From NCBI GenBank assembly GCA_951406725.2, contig OX597832.1:2480001-2544000 (forward strand): a stretch of DNA of 64,000 nt, in the 5' to 3' direction. This stretch comes from Octopus vulgaris. Lineage: Eukaryota. Numbering within the stretch: the stretch's first letter is position 1; each line of letters begins with the position of its first letter. The translations under genes were made by a program, and so were the position numbers. Of this stretch, positions 1 through 13,900 are shown piece after piece. The notes under the pieces were generated by a model, which was not told where the DNA came from, searched no databases, and saw nothing but the letters and a program-made list of their open reading frames with translations.

Positions 1-475
1 TATCTCCCTCTCTTCCAGTTAAAAATGTGTATCCCTCAATAATTGAAGGACTTTGAGAGCCTGACCTGAGACTATTGACTTCTATTTGGGCTAAGAATAG
101 ATATTGCCGTAACGACTAACAGTGAATCCTGAGCCTTCTTCTTTTCTTCCTCCAAACAGCCACTTTATTCTAAACTATGTCAAAATCTACAAGAAATACC
201 AAGAAACTGATATACAAACTACTCATTTCTTTCTCTCTAATTATCTACAGTAATCCAAGCTGTACTCTTCATTTCAATCTCTTTTCTAAAAGTAGTATTT
301 GTGTAGAATTTTCTTTCTCTACTACTCGTATATTAGCAAAAAAGACTTCTACTTTGGAAATCTTCCTGGTTCCTTGAAGTTTATCTACCGTCACATCTTG
401 AACACAAGCAGTTGTTTTAGTCCCTTGCCTTGTATCATGGCACCTGTTTAGTTGGTCTATAGATGTCTTGTCTCT

Positions 476-667
476 GCCGTGCTGGTGGCACATAAAAACC
501 ACGCATTACACTCTCTGAGTGGTTGGCGTTAGGAAGGGCATCTAGCTGTAGAAACTCTGCCAGATCAAGATTGGAGCCTGGTGCAGCCATCTGGTTTGCC
601 AGCCCTCAGTCAAAATCGTCCAACCCATGCTAGCATGGAAAGCGGACGTTAAATGATGATGATGATG
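476..667 (+). mobile_element. 3' terminus of RTE-type LINE family (or derived SINE), (GAT)n tail
   Basis: Near-identical to 45240-45435; GGTTGGCGTTAGGAAGGGCAT...CATGCTAGCATGGAAAGCGGACGTTAAA(TGA)n. Confidence 0.8.
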
Positions 668-1646
668 AAAATGTAACTAGGTTTCAGATTGCTATTGAGA
701 GAGAGAGAGAGAGAGAGCTGTCTTGATCTATGAAAACATTACTGTACACCTTATTTCCAAAAAGGAGCAACCTCTCACAATTTTAACAGCTGACTTATCA
801 ATGGAGGAGGCTTCACATGGTTGTTCAACCTACTAAAAATAGCAACCAAATCTTAACTCAGTTACAGTCTTAATGTTGTATAAGTGCTTGCAGCAGAATT
901 GCATCCAACTGAATGGCATGTTAAGTTTGCTTTCTCCATTCAAAAATGGGGACTGTTTTAAAGGACTTAGTCCTAAATTCCTCTTAAAAAGCTATGGTCT
1001 TTGATCATATCTGTGCAAAGAGAGCCAACTTGGAAACTGAACAATAGCATCTCAACAGTAATAGAGGCAGTTGTAAAATCCCTTCTTTTATCTCCTCGAG
1101 TGCTTTTTTTCTATTTCAGAGTTTGGTTATATCTCCAACACTTTCCATTTTGTATATGAAAGACCTACTTGCTGTTATTTCTAATCACGTGTGTATGACA
1201 TTGTCTGACTGCATCTCAGTGTCAGTAAATACAGTTGACTGTCTACAAATCTCAAGTGTAACCCACATTAAAGGACTGTTCTTGTACTTGAGATGGTGTT
1301 GTTGCTTGTAAACATATTCTCCACCACTGGAAGACCATTTGGCTGATTGGTAATGATTCAATCACCAATTTGGTTTTGTTTCACTGTTTCTTTTCTCTAT
1401 AATGTCTTCTGTAGGGATAGCACTCAGTATGATACCTCTTCCAGAGATCCATAATAATTTAAGTTTTCATTTTAGTTGTTTCCCCACTACACAAGCCATG
1501 CATCTAAAATTTTGCTTAATCCTTCATTTTGAGACCTCACTGGCTATCTTTATCCACATTTTCCCAACATATTGAAACCAACAGAACTCGAAATTAAATT
1601 AACAAAATTTGAGATTTGTATTCCTTATTGAATTTTTTTGTTGTAG

Positions 1647-1961
1647 GCTATTGTGGTGCTGATATCAAAGCATTATGTACAGAAGCTGCTTTGATGGCTT
1701 TAAGAAGAAGGTATCCTCAGATTTACAATTCCTCTGAAAAACTCCAGTTAGATGTTTCATCAATACACATCTCTGGAATTGATTTTTATCGAGGAATGAA
1801 AGTAATTGTTCCCACTGCACAGCGTTCTAATTCAACTCCAAGACATCCATTATCCAAACTTGTGAGACCACTTCTTGAAAACATCTACAAAAAGGCACTT
1901 TCAATATTGGAGATAATTTTTCCAAGTGATTTATCTCAGAGTCATAGTCTTACATTGAAAG
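1647..1961 (+). CDS. ATAD2: ATAD2 exon: AAA1 lid (GYCGADIKALCTEAALMALRRRYPQIY...)
   Basis: ttgtag acceptor, G/gtaatt donor; the peptide is the characteristic ATAD2 AAA lid. Confidence 0.95.
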
Positions 1962-4900
1962 GTAATTCAATAATTTTTCTGTTTGAATTTTAATAATATT
2001 TCCTTGAATCTGTATATGTCTCTTTTATGATGTTTATCAGCATTATTATTATCTTCCTCTTTATATTGGCATTGGTTGAATTTTTTGCAGTAGTATTATA
2101 TTTCTCTCTGTTTGTTTACTTCCTAAGAAAGATTTCTATACAATTGAATTTCTTCGAATTTTTATCAAAAACATTCTTATGAATTATTTCTCCTTTCAAA
2201 CCTTTAAGTTTGAATGACATAATATGCTTATCTGTTTGTGACTGCAGTGTTTCAAATTTTTATATAATTTCAGCAATACAGAATAAATACTAACAAAAAA
2301 AATTTGTTAGCTTATAAATTTAATATATAATATAGTTCACTTCCCAATATAATAATTTTTTAATGCATTATCAGATTTTTAGCATATTGTAATAAAACAA
2401 ATGATAGAATGAATAAAAACTAAGTATTATGAAATATGATTATATTCAAGGAATCAAAACTTTATTTTTGGAAAATTAAGTCATGTGGTATAGCTGAAAA
2501 CATTTTATACAGAAATTTATTCATCATTAGAAATACTGCAGGAGAAATATATATTTGAAGTATCTATTTCTACCTCTTCTCTCTAATTTATATGTCGGTT
2601 CTGAAAACTAGATGATATTTATAGCATAGCATCAGTAGACCCCATTTAAAAAAAATTTCTTTACTACTAAAAGAAAAGAAAAAGAAATCTGTTATATTTT
2701 GATCAATTTTTCAGTAGATGTCTTTTTTATAATTTATAATTTCCCTTTCTAATAAATACTTACTAACTTCTGCTACCACCCTTCCTCTCCTCTATGTATT
2801 TATGTATATATATTGTCATCGTCATTTAATGCCTTCCTTCCATGTTGGCATAGGTTGTCCTGTTTGACAGGAGCTGGTCAGGCAGGAACCTGTACCCTGC
2901 TTCTGTGTCTATGTATATATTTCAACATATTAGATACAGGCTATCATTGACTTTACATTGTGGCATATGGCAAATCTTCCCTCTGACTTGTGCTCCATCT
3001 ACTTTGGTGTGCCCAGACCTTGGTTTTGTTCCCCTTTATATCAGCAACTTCTCAAAAAGTGTTTTCCCACAACTGTTAGCTTGAAGAAGAATATTGACCT
3101 TAGTGATTTTGGAAGACCTACAAAGTTGTTGGGTACACCCAGTTCCTGTTGATCAAACCAGATGGTTGAGGTCTGCTGTAGATGCCTACTGTTAAGTTTC
3201 ATAAAAATTACTTTCATTAGAATTTGCATTTTCTTATGTTATTATATAAGTTTTGTTATGTACTTTTTGTGCATAGCTATATGTTTTTGCTTAATAATTG
3301 TTAAAAAAGAAAAGGCGACTTTCAAACACTTTTAGGTTCCTGTGAGAAATCAGCTAAAGTAGATGAAGCTACCGATTACTGGCTTGAAGATGAAGGTCCA
3401 TGTATATATGAAGCCCCTCGTCAACGTGGTAGAAAGCCTCGAAATTTTGTTCCTGAAAAAATTACAGAATCTTACTTGGATTTTCAAAGGTAATGGAAAA
3501 TATCTAAATATTTCAAATTGATTATTAATTATGGTAACTCATTGAAAGTAGTGTGTGTATCTTGATTTTGATGAATTTTATGGAACTTCTCTATCTTGAA
3601 CTTATTGGGTGTCATACATTATTTTGATATTTTCAAAAAGTAACTTTTTATTCAAAATCATTATATGGTTTACTTTTTTTTTCCTTCAATTCTCGTAGTT
3701 GTGCCTCCAAGCAGCCATTGACATACCGTCCACGCCTTCTCTTTGCTGGGAAAATAGGCCAAGGACAGTCTGTCCATCTTGCTCCTGCTATCATGCAACA
3801 CCTAGAGCAAATGCCTGTTTATGTAATTGATTTACCATCACTGTATGCTGCTAGTAACAGGACACCTGAAGAATCTTGCACACAGGTTTGTATATGTGAA
3901 AGACATTTATTAAGTGATATTAATGCTGATGTTAAGGATGGTATTAAATTATCTTAATTTGGTTTGGTTTCTTTGATTACTATTTTTTCCTTTTTTTAAG
4001 ATGATCTACTTGAATTACTGATATTGCAGCTATCCAATAAATTATTAGGCTATATATTAAACAGCAGTTACTTTCTTACTTTTGTATACAACATACTTCT
4101 TGATACTCACTCTTTCTTCTCTCAAGTAGTCTTCTTTTCCTTTAATACACATCAGATTTGTTGTCACTTTTTAGCAGTTTCTTTGACTGCCAGGTATGAA
4201 TTATGCCAAGCTTAAGTTATTAATAGTACTACAACACTCTTTCCGATATCACTTTACATTCCTGTGTTTTTCTATTATAATTATCCTTCATATTTTCATA
4301 TCCTTCATATCCTTCATTCTGATATTAAAAACAGTTCCCAACTTACCTAAAACTTTTCAAAAGTGTGAAAAATGTTGGCCACTTTTGATTGAAAGCTATC
4401 TTTTTTCTAGCTGTATTCCATCAGGAATTTCAAAATGCTCCTACTCCAGATACCATCCTTTCCTCATTTTATAATCAACTTTAAAATCTTCTGTCACATT
4501 ATTTATTACTTCCACTGTACATCCACCAACCTCAGCTGTTGCATTGCATATAAGCCTTGTAACACTGTTAGATGGCTGCATCAGAGACTCTTCAAATCTG
4601 TGAAACAATAGATGAGTCTTAGACAGTCAGTCTTAGACCACCTTTCAGCCTGTATTGTTATCTTCACCTACTTCAACCATTATTATCATCATCTCTCTTT
4701 TTTGTTTTTGGGAGCTTTGATGTATTTTTATAATTTTATGTGTATGTAGGCATATGCCATTATGTGTTAGGCTCTTCAGCCGTATACATTTACATGTTTT
4801 CCATGTTTTCCTATCCTCTTTGTATTTATACATTTCATGGTGTGTGTACATATATATGTATGCTCTCTCTCTTTCACTCACACACACATGGGTATCGGCT

Positions 4901-7900
4901 GAAAAGTTCATAGGCTGGCCAAGGTACTGTTATGGAATGTGACCAAGTGAGGTTTATTTTTCAACATAGTTCCCCCTTGCAGTCCACAAACTCCTTCCAT
5001 TGGTGTTGCAGTGCTTGGATCCCATTGGTGAAAAAGCTTTCATCCTGTTGGTCAAAAAATGTCATCAACAGCAGATATGACGTCATCATCACTGCAATAC
5101 TCGTCTTCAGCCAAGTGTTTTTTCATATTGGGAAACTGATGATAGTCATGTGGGGTCAGACCAGAAGAATAGAGAGGGTGATCAACTAGTTCAAAGCCAT
5201 GCACATTAGCCATTGAGGCCAAGGTCTTGTGTGCTGGAACATTGCCCTGATGAAACAAGACCCCTTTTATCAATTTTTCTGGGTGTTTGCATACTAGTCT
5301 CCATTGTTGGTGTGGCTTTTTTGAACATAGTGAATAAACACAATGCCTTTTGCATCCCAAAAGACTGAGGACATCACCTGCAGACGATACGACCTTGACC
5401 TTCTTTGGAGGAGATGAGGAGAGGTGTTTCCACTGCATGGATTGTCTCTTTGTCTCTAGCTCAAAGTGATGAAGCCAACACTTATCCTGAGTTAGGAAAC
5501 CAGCTGGATCTGACTCAATGTCAGATTTTCCTGTGATAAAATCAGCTTGGTGCGCTTTTTATCAGGTGTCAGACGTGGCACCTTCTGAGAAGAAACTTTC
5601 ATCATGCTAAGTTCATTGTGCAGAATATTCTCAACTAGGATATACTAGCAGCATTTGCTTTTTGATTTATGGTCAATCGATTGTCATCCATCAGCATGTG
5701 GTAATTGCAGATTGTCCAGACCTTGTGTCATCTTCAAGACTCTCCCTTCTCTTAAATTCAGCTTCCCACTTTTGCACTGTTGATAAAGCTGGAATATCAT
5801 CCCCTAATGTAGCAAGCATGTCAGCATGAATGTTCTTGGGGGCTAAACCTTTTTCTGCAGGTACTTGATAAGACCACTTTTGCAAAGATTTGATAAAACT
5901 ACAATTCCAAATTTCACCCATTTTGAAGAGAAGTTGCTACTAGCTACTTTTGAAGTCTTCTTTGAACAGTCAGGTGTCAGTTTACCCGAAAAGAAACTAT
6001 TAATAAGAAGAGTTGAAATTAATGCATGCTCTCCTTTATAGTCAGCCAATAAGGTTTTTCAGCTCACCTATTTTATGTTTTATTTAAAAACTCATTATTG
6101 CCTTTTTGTTTTGTTACTGTATCTTATGATCTCTTCCTCCACTTGCCATTATTCTCCATCCTTCCAACACCACTGCATTCCTCATTTCTATGCCTCCAGT
6201 CGTCCAACATACTTTTCAATTCTTCTTTGAAGGTCCTCATAGAATTTCCTTCTTATAGAACTTATTCTATTTTTTAAACTTAAGCATGTACTGCCTCATA
6301 CAATATAACCACTGCACTCTCTCTTAAGCTATGGCATACAGACAAATGTATATTTGCATACATATTAATGCAAAACTGTGCTGTCCTTTGTGCAAGCTAT
6401 TTTTTGCTTATTCAGTAACTTAGAATTTGTTGCCATTCTAAAATTTGCATCCACCAGGGCCAGCACCCCTGAACATAAGTCATAGACAACACACTGCATA
6501 AATTATTATCTGATAGGCACCTGTCATTTTGGTGTATTGCTTGTGATCAATTTATTATGGAAACTCACTTTTTCAAGAGAAAATTTTGTATCAGAGTTTT
6601 CTAGGAGAAACTTTGTCATCAAGAATTTTGATTCACTTCTTCTAAATATACACTTTCTCACATGCACACAACCTTTTTTGTGTTACAACTTGTTAACCTT
6701 TGCTCTGGAGCTGTTGTACTCCATGTATTCTAAATCTTAGCAATTGAAAATATTTTTAAGTACGAACATTTTATTTTCCAGCTACTGCTATAACAAATTT
6801 ATGAAAATCTAAAGCTATCTTATAAATTTATATTATTATATTAAGCAGTGAATTATAATTAGTTCCATTACCTCACATTTGTCTACTTAATATACACAAT
6901 CTCACTCTGATCATATATATTTTATGTACAAATAAGTATATTTTTATAATAATATAACCCTTGAAAATAGTAATTTTTTCCTTTTTGAAATTCCTATTGT
7001 TATATGGAAATAATTTATTGTGTGTACTTAATATTTAAATTATAAAGTATAATCTTTTGTTTTGGGGTTTTGCTTTTAATATGTTATTTATTGATTTTGT
7101 TTAACAGATATTCTGTGAAGCCAAGAGAACAAGCCCTAGTATATTGTATTTTCCACACATCAATTATTTGTGGAGTGTTTCGAGTGAAACATTGAAAGCT
7201 ACGTTTTTAACAATGGTCGATGATTTAGATCCTTGTTTACCAATTCTACTTTTAGCCACCAGTGAAGTTCCTTATGATTTTCTTGATGATGATGTGAGTT
7301 ACTTTTCCTATTTTGAAATATGCATGAAATAAATATATTTATTGTGTATCAATAAAATATAAAACTAGGTTATTACTTTCTTTTTCAGTTGAAAGAACTG
7401 TTTGATGATCTAGCAGCTGAGGTTATGCATATGAGTAACCCAACAGAACAAGAACGGCGAGAATTCTTTTCAGATTTGTTGCTGAATCAAGCTGTCAAAC
7501 CACCAGTCAATAAAAGGCAAAGAAGTATGTTCCACTTTATTGTAGATTCACTAATTTCTGATATATCATTGCTATTTATGTATTTATAATCATTTAATTT
7601 TAAGCATGTAGCTAATATCGATTATATAGGCATTATAAAATGTACAGACATGCTGTATCTTAAATCCATTTGTATTGCATTATATCTCTCTCTATATAAA
7701 CGGCAGTCTGTCTGTCTGTGTGTCTGTCAGGTTGTACCCTCACCCTGACCACGGCTTCCAACTGATTCTGATGAAACTTGACACACACATAGCCCAATGT
7801 CATAATTCAAAACTAACGCAGGGAAATTTTGAAAAGTTCCCCCAGTTCTGAAAACATCGATAAATTCGACATGGGGTCGAGAATGTAAGCTTTTTATATG

Positions 7901-10900
7901 CAACACATTTTCTGTTGTAGTTTTCGCAACTTGCAATCTATTTTCACCAAACTCATGGTGAAGCTTAATGTTACCCTAGGAAACTTAATTCTGACGTTAG
8001 TTTTCCATGCAATACCTTACCATCAGATAAAATCATGCCATTTTGGGAAATTGCGTTCAAATTGAAGATGACATATTTTCGACAATATCTTTCACAAATT
8101 GGCGGGAATTTTTTTTAAAATTCACAGCGAGCATCATGTCTGCTCCAAGGAGCTATATGTCCCTTTTTATTCCAATAGGAGACTTTATTACTGGAAAAAA
8201 TTGGTTAATTAAATCATATGTGGCACACATAGCAAACCGATTTGTGTATTAAACACAAACCACAGTCTGTCTAGGGGACACTACTCAACCTTTTTAACTC
8301 TCGGAACACGTGGGGTAAGTATCCCAAAATGTACAAAAACGGCAAAATAGCGGGCAGCAATGTGAGTGACAACAACGAAAAAGTCAAAAGTGACCAAACT
8401 GAACAGACGAATGGAAAAGGTTTTTTGGTGCACACGACAAAAGCGGTTTATAATAAACCAAGAGTTTGCAAGTAGCGTCTGTACCTTAGGGTACGTCAAA
8501 AATTTAAGGTAAAACGTTTGGGGTGGTAGTTATAAAGAAAGTTTAAACAAAAAAAGTATTCGAATAACTTGCGGCTGCAGCAGCTATTAGCAGAAGTTGG
8601 GGGTTAAGTCTCGAATGTAATTTCTTCCTGGTAGGAATTGGTTGGGTTGAATTATCGATAGCTGTTTGATAGTTATTTGGGAATGAAGAGAAGACATTGC
8701 AACCTACACATGCGCCTTCGTTCCCTAGAGGGAAAGGACTAGATTGGGATTAGTCGTTACCTACTAGGGGCTCTTACATACCCGGGCAACGCCGGGCTAT
8801 GCTGCTTGTTGTGTATATAAAAATAAGATGATGAATTAGCCATCTTATAATTTTATTAAAGAATGCCACCATATTACTTTATTTAAATATACAAGACCAC
8901 CTTATTTTAATACACAAGACTGCTTTATTTTAATATTTTAATCAGAGAAAATGCCTAGTGGTGTTTGTTCTGAATCTTATTTAACAATTCATTGCGCATA
9001 AGAAGAGTACTCATTTGTAAATCTCTTGTTGGAATAAAACAGCTTGATTGAAAATGTTCGACATTTTCTGTGTTATTAAATAATGCATCAGTCATCACTA
9101 TTTTTTCATTCATCTTCTATAATTGTATGTGGATACCTAATCTTGCAAGTTTGCTTCTTTGTGTACAATATAAAGGACATAGTTCTTCATATTCACTATT
9201 AAGAATATGTCACATTTTTGAGGGGATGGAATTTAGAATTCAAACTATTTCTTTTATTACTTCCATAGAATGAGTTGTTTATTTCTTCTTTTTTTAAGTA
9301 TCCACCAATATTTCTTCTTTTTTTTAAAATATCCACTCACATGATTTTATCTTCATTCAATTGTCCATTTATTTCAGCTCGAGTCTTTGAAGAATTACCA
9401 CGTGCACCACCCCCTGTTCCTCGCAAACTAACAGAGACTGAATTGGCAAAACTTAAAAGCCATGAAGAAGCAACTCTAAGGGAGCTAAGACTCTTCTTAA
9501 GAGATATATGGAATAAGCTTGCTAAATGTCGCAAATTTGCTATCTTTATGCGACCAGTTGACATTGAGGATGTAAGTGGCTTTATAATTTCTGAAAAATT
9601 CTTGAGATCATATTGTTTGTATTTCTAATTTAATGTTTAAAAAAATGTTTCCTGCAGTCAAATATTTTCTTTTGAATGTCTGCTTTTAGATTTTGCTTAT
9701 CTACTTCATTGTGGTGAAAATTTTTTTATTTTAGAACTTTGTAGATGTGGTGAGCATTAAATCAACCACAAGAATGGATATTAGAATGTAACGCATTGTT
9801 TAACAGAACCATATGAATAGAAAGTTTTCAAGTTATATCAACTTTGGAATTGTCTCTATTTATTAACTTTGAAATTGTTGTTTTGACTGCTGTCCTTTTT
9901 TTTTCTATATCCAATACATGCTAATTCTTCTAGAAATAATGTTATAGGTTCCAGATTATTATGATATTGTGAAGGAACCAATGGATTTGAATTCAATGCT
10001 TAAAAAAATTGACAATGAAATGTATCCGACTGCTCAAGAGTTTTTGGATGATATTGACTTAATATGGCGCAATGCTTTGGAATATAATCCAGACAGTGAT
10101 AGTACAGGTGGGTTCTGATTAACATAAGATTTTATTCTTAAATTAATTTTTTATGAAGGATTTTTGTTTTATAGAGTTTCAATATATTTGGTTTTATTAA
10201 CTCATTTTGAAATGTTTAGAATCTATTTTATCACTATCATGATCTTGTTGCATCTGTTTTTCCATGTTTGCAGGGGTGGGTAGCTTTTCTGAAGTCGGAT
10301 GCCCTTCTTGTCGCAAACCTTGCAAAAAAAAAAACAAAAGTAAACATTTACTACTTGTTTTAATGATTGTGAATTTAGATTGGGTTCTTATAACAATTGT
10401 AACGTTTTTGCTTGTGCCATTGCAACATAAAAGGTTTTACTTAGGTCTGTGATGGAAGTTTGTTAGAATATTACAATATAGAATAAATTACTAGCTAATA
10501 CTCATTGAGGATAAATAACAGCATTGTAGTGAAGAACAAATGTGCTTATTATTGCTTTTTCAACTGAACTGGAGTGCATATAAACCAAGTTACACATAAA
10601 GTAAAATAACATGACGTACTGAAATCTATAAAAAAAGGAAAATGGTTGCATGGCCAAATATTTTCTCAGAATATTGGAAATGAATAATACCAGTTGAGAC
10701 AACGACATGTATTGATTGTTGGTGAGCGATGCTGCTCCTTTCACATTGTTGAGAAAACAACTGGCATGTCCCATTTATATATGTATGTATGTATATATGT
10801 ATGTATATATATGTATGTATGTATATATGTATGTATATATATATGTATATATATGTGTGTGTGTGTGTGTGTATATATAAATCCTTAAAAATGTTTTAGC

Positions 10901-13900
10901 CCGAAGGTCGCTGCCATGCTGGGGCACTACCGCTGAATGAGCTACACTAATATGTGAATCCGCCTCTGATATGTGGCACTTGGTCAACAAGGGAATTCGA
11001 TGCCGCTGCCCGCATCTGTGTCTCCTGTCGTGAGGTAGGTTCATCTGGGACCCCCGACAAGAAGAGATCCAGTTTAGTTTTAAAGAAACCCACATCCACA
11101 TCATGCAAGTCTTTCAGGCATTTAGGGAGGATGTTAAAGAGCTGTGGTCCTCTGAAACCCAAGCTGTTGCAGTATCTGGTCCTGTATTTTGATGATGATG
11201 TTGGAATCTTTGGCACCATGCAGTGGCGCCCCGTTCTGCAGTTGGGGTAACTTTGAATGCCAAAGTTTGGGACAAGACCCTCCAGGATTTTCCAGAGGTA
11301 TATCACTGCATATCTCTCCCGCCTTCGCTCTAGGGAGAAGAGGTTTAATTCTTTCAGTCTTTCCCAGTAGCTGATATGTTGCATTGAGACGATCTTCTTT
11401 GTGTAGCTTCTTTGAATTGCTTCGAGTCCTGCTGTTAGCTTTATATTGTGTGGTGACCATAGTTGGGAGCAGTAGTCCAAGCGGCTGAGAACGAAAGTTT
11501 TCCAGAGGACCATCAGTGTCTCCTTCTCTCTTGTTCTGAAAGTTTGGAAAATCCATCCAGCTAGCCGTCTGCATTTTATCACCAGATTAGTAATATGCAC
11601 TAGGAAAGATGCATCATTGCTCATGTCACTGCCCAGGTCACGCACTGATTTTGACTCAGGGATTGCAATTCTTCCCAAGCCAGTGTATCCAGTCTGCATG
11701 TCATTTACCTTTGTGTGCCGGTAGCGCAGGGCCTGGAACCTACCTGCATTAAACTGCATGTTGTTGTCCTCAGCCCACCTGTATATTGTATCCAACTCCT
11801 GTTGCAGATGTGCAATATTTCCAGGGTTTTGTATTGTGTGGGAGACATTTCTGTCATCTGCATAGCTAGCAAGGGTGGCCATCTTAGCAACTGAGGGCAT
11901 GTCTGAAAGGGCCACTATTAACAGCAGTGGCCCCAAGACAGTGCTCTGTGGAACACCGCTTGTTATTTGTGTTTCCTTGGAGGTGGCTCCATTGATCACA
12001 ACTGCCTGCCTTCTATCTTTTAGGAAGTTGTGCAGCCACTCTCCAAGTTTTCCGCCTATGCTGAGACCACGCAGTTTGTGACAAATCATACCGTGGTCGA
12101 CTTTATCAAAGGCTTTTGCAAAGTCAAGATATATCACATCCACATTTGAGCTAATAGCTGTTTTAACACCCAGTCATAGTGTTGCAGGAGCTATGTTAGG
12201 CAGCTTCTACCTGGTTGAAATCCATGCTGGGTGTCAGTCAGCAAGTCATTTTCTTCAAGGAACATGATTAGTTTCTTACGGACTATTCGTTCCATGACTT
12301 TACTGTGTGCGGTCAGAGAGATAGGCCTATAATTTTTAGCATCTGCTCTGCTTCCTCCCTTATGGATAGGGCATATTATCCCCTCTTTCAATTTGACCGG
12401 GAGCTTACCACTTGCAAGAAAGCTCTGAAAAAAGAAGCTGTAGCAGTTTTGCAAGGGCTCGTGTCCAGCAGCTGAGTTTGTGTCAATCTCATCTATGGCC
12501 AGTGTGATATCATCATCTTCAATGTTGATGTACTCAATTTTTGCCTCTTTGGCCGCAGGTATAGTGGCAAAGAATTCTTCAGGGTTGTTTACTTGCCTGT
12601 GTCCTAGAGGTGTAGTGAACACACTTTGGAACTGTTCGTTCTGTATTTCACTTATCCTCATGGGATTTCCTGTGAGAGTGCCATCTTTTTGGGAGAGAGG
12701 TCCTATTCTCTGGTGCACTGTGGCTGTCTCTTTGGCAAACTTAAAGAAAGCTTTAGGGTTTGACTATATATTTTCTATTACCCAAGCTTCTTTATCTGCT
12801 CTCTCCTTTTCATGAGACTGATGCAGACTTTTCTCAATTTCCATTAGCATTCTCTCGAGCCGAGACTTCTCACCACTTTTGGTGTGCTTGCTCAGGCGGT
12901 TCGCAATCCTTGTCCGTTGTCTCATAAGAATCTTCCTTTCTCTAGGGATCCTGTTTTTGTGTGTGCTGGCCCTGCACACTGGGACATATTTGTCACATAT
13001 GGCTTGTATTATGGACATGAAGCGTTTGAGTTTCATGTTAATGTCCGGTGTGGAGAGACATTTAGGCCGATCCTGTTTGAGGATCTCTTTCTCGATCAAC
13101 TTCCAATTTGCTTTATGAAAGTTTAAGTTGGAGAGATTGTGGATGCTTCGTATAGGCTGTGTGTCTGCGGGGGCTTTTGGTCTATACATAGACAGCTCTA
13201 TTATGTTGTGATCCGAGATCATTGTCGGCATCACTTTAACATTATGGATAATATCCATATTGTTTGTGAAGCAGAGATCCAGTATATTATCTGCCCTTGT
13301 TGGTATGTATATATATGTATATATATTGTTGGTATGTATATATATGTATATATATTGTTGGTATGTATATATATGTATATATATTGTTGGTATGTATATA
13401 TATATGTATATATATTGTTGGTATGTATATATATATGTATACATATTAGAAGAAATGAGGTAATCAGAAGATCGGATGGTTCATATTTACAAATTAATTG
13501 TAAAGGTATTTACAATTGCTGAGTCACTATCAGAACTGGAGGAGAAGTTTCAGGTGTGGAAGCAAGGTTTAGAATCGAAGGGCCTTAGAATCAACCTAGC
13601 CAAAACCAAAGTCCTAATAAGTAGGAAGGTAGACAAATCACAAACGCCTTCAGGTAGATGGCCCTGCTCGATCTGTAGAAAAGGCGTAGGTAGAAACTCT
13701 ATAAGGTGCACCAAGTGTAAGCTATGGACACATAAGAGGTGCAGCAATGTCAAAGGAAGGCTAACTAGGAAGATAGTTTTTGTATGTGGCAGATGCTCAG
13801 GAACAATAATCACTGAAAATGCTCTGAGACCAACTTCCGCCACATTCAAGGGAGAAAAACTAGAAATAGTTGATAGCTTCCGTTACCTAGGTGACCAAGT

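Noticed and set aside
3699-7293. Missing Walker A Lys and Walker B acidic residues in the ATAD2 AAA domain as a sign of pseudogenisation
   Set aside because: The second AAA domain of ATAD2-family proteins is known to be degenerate, and the reading frame is intact
10947-13444. Reverse transcriptase ORFs as a host gene, retron or other novel RT system
   Set aside because: Ordinary frameshifted, 5'-truncated non-LTR retrotransposon in a eukaryotic intron
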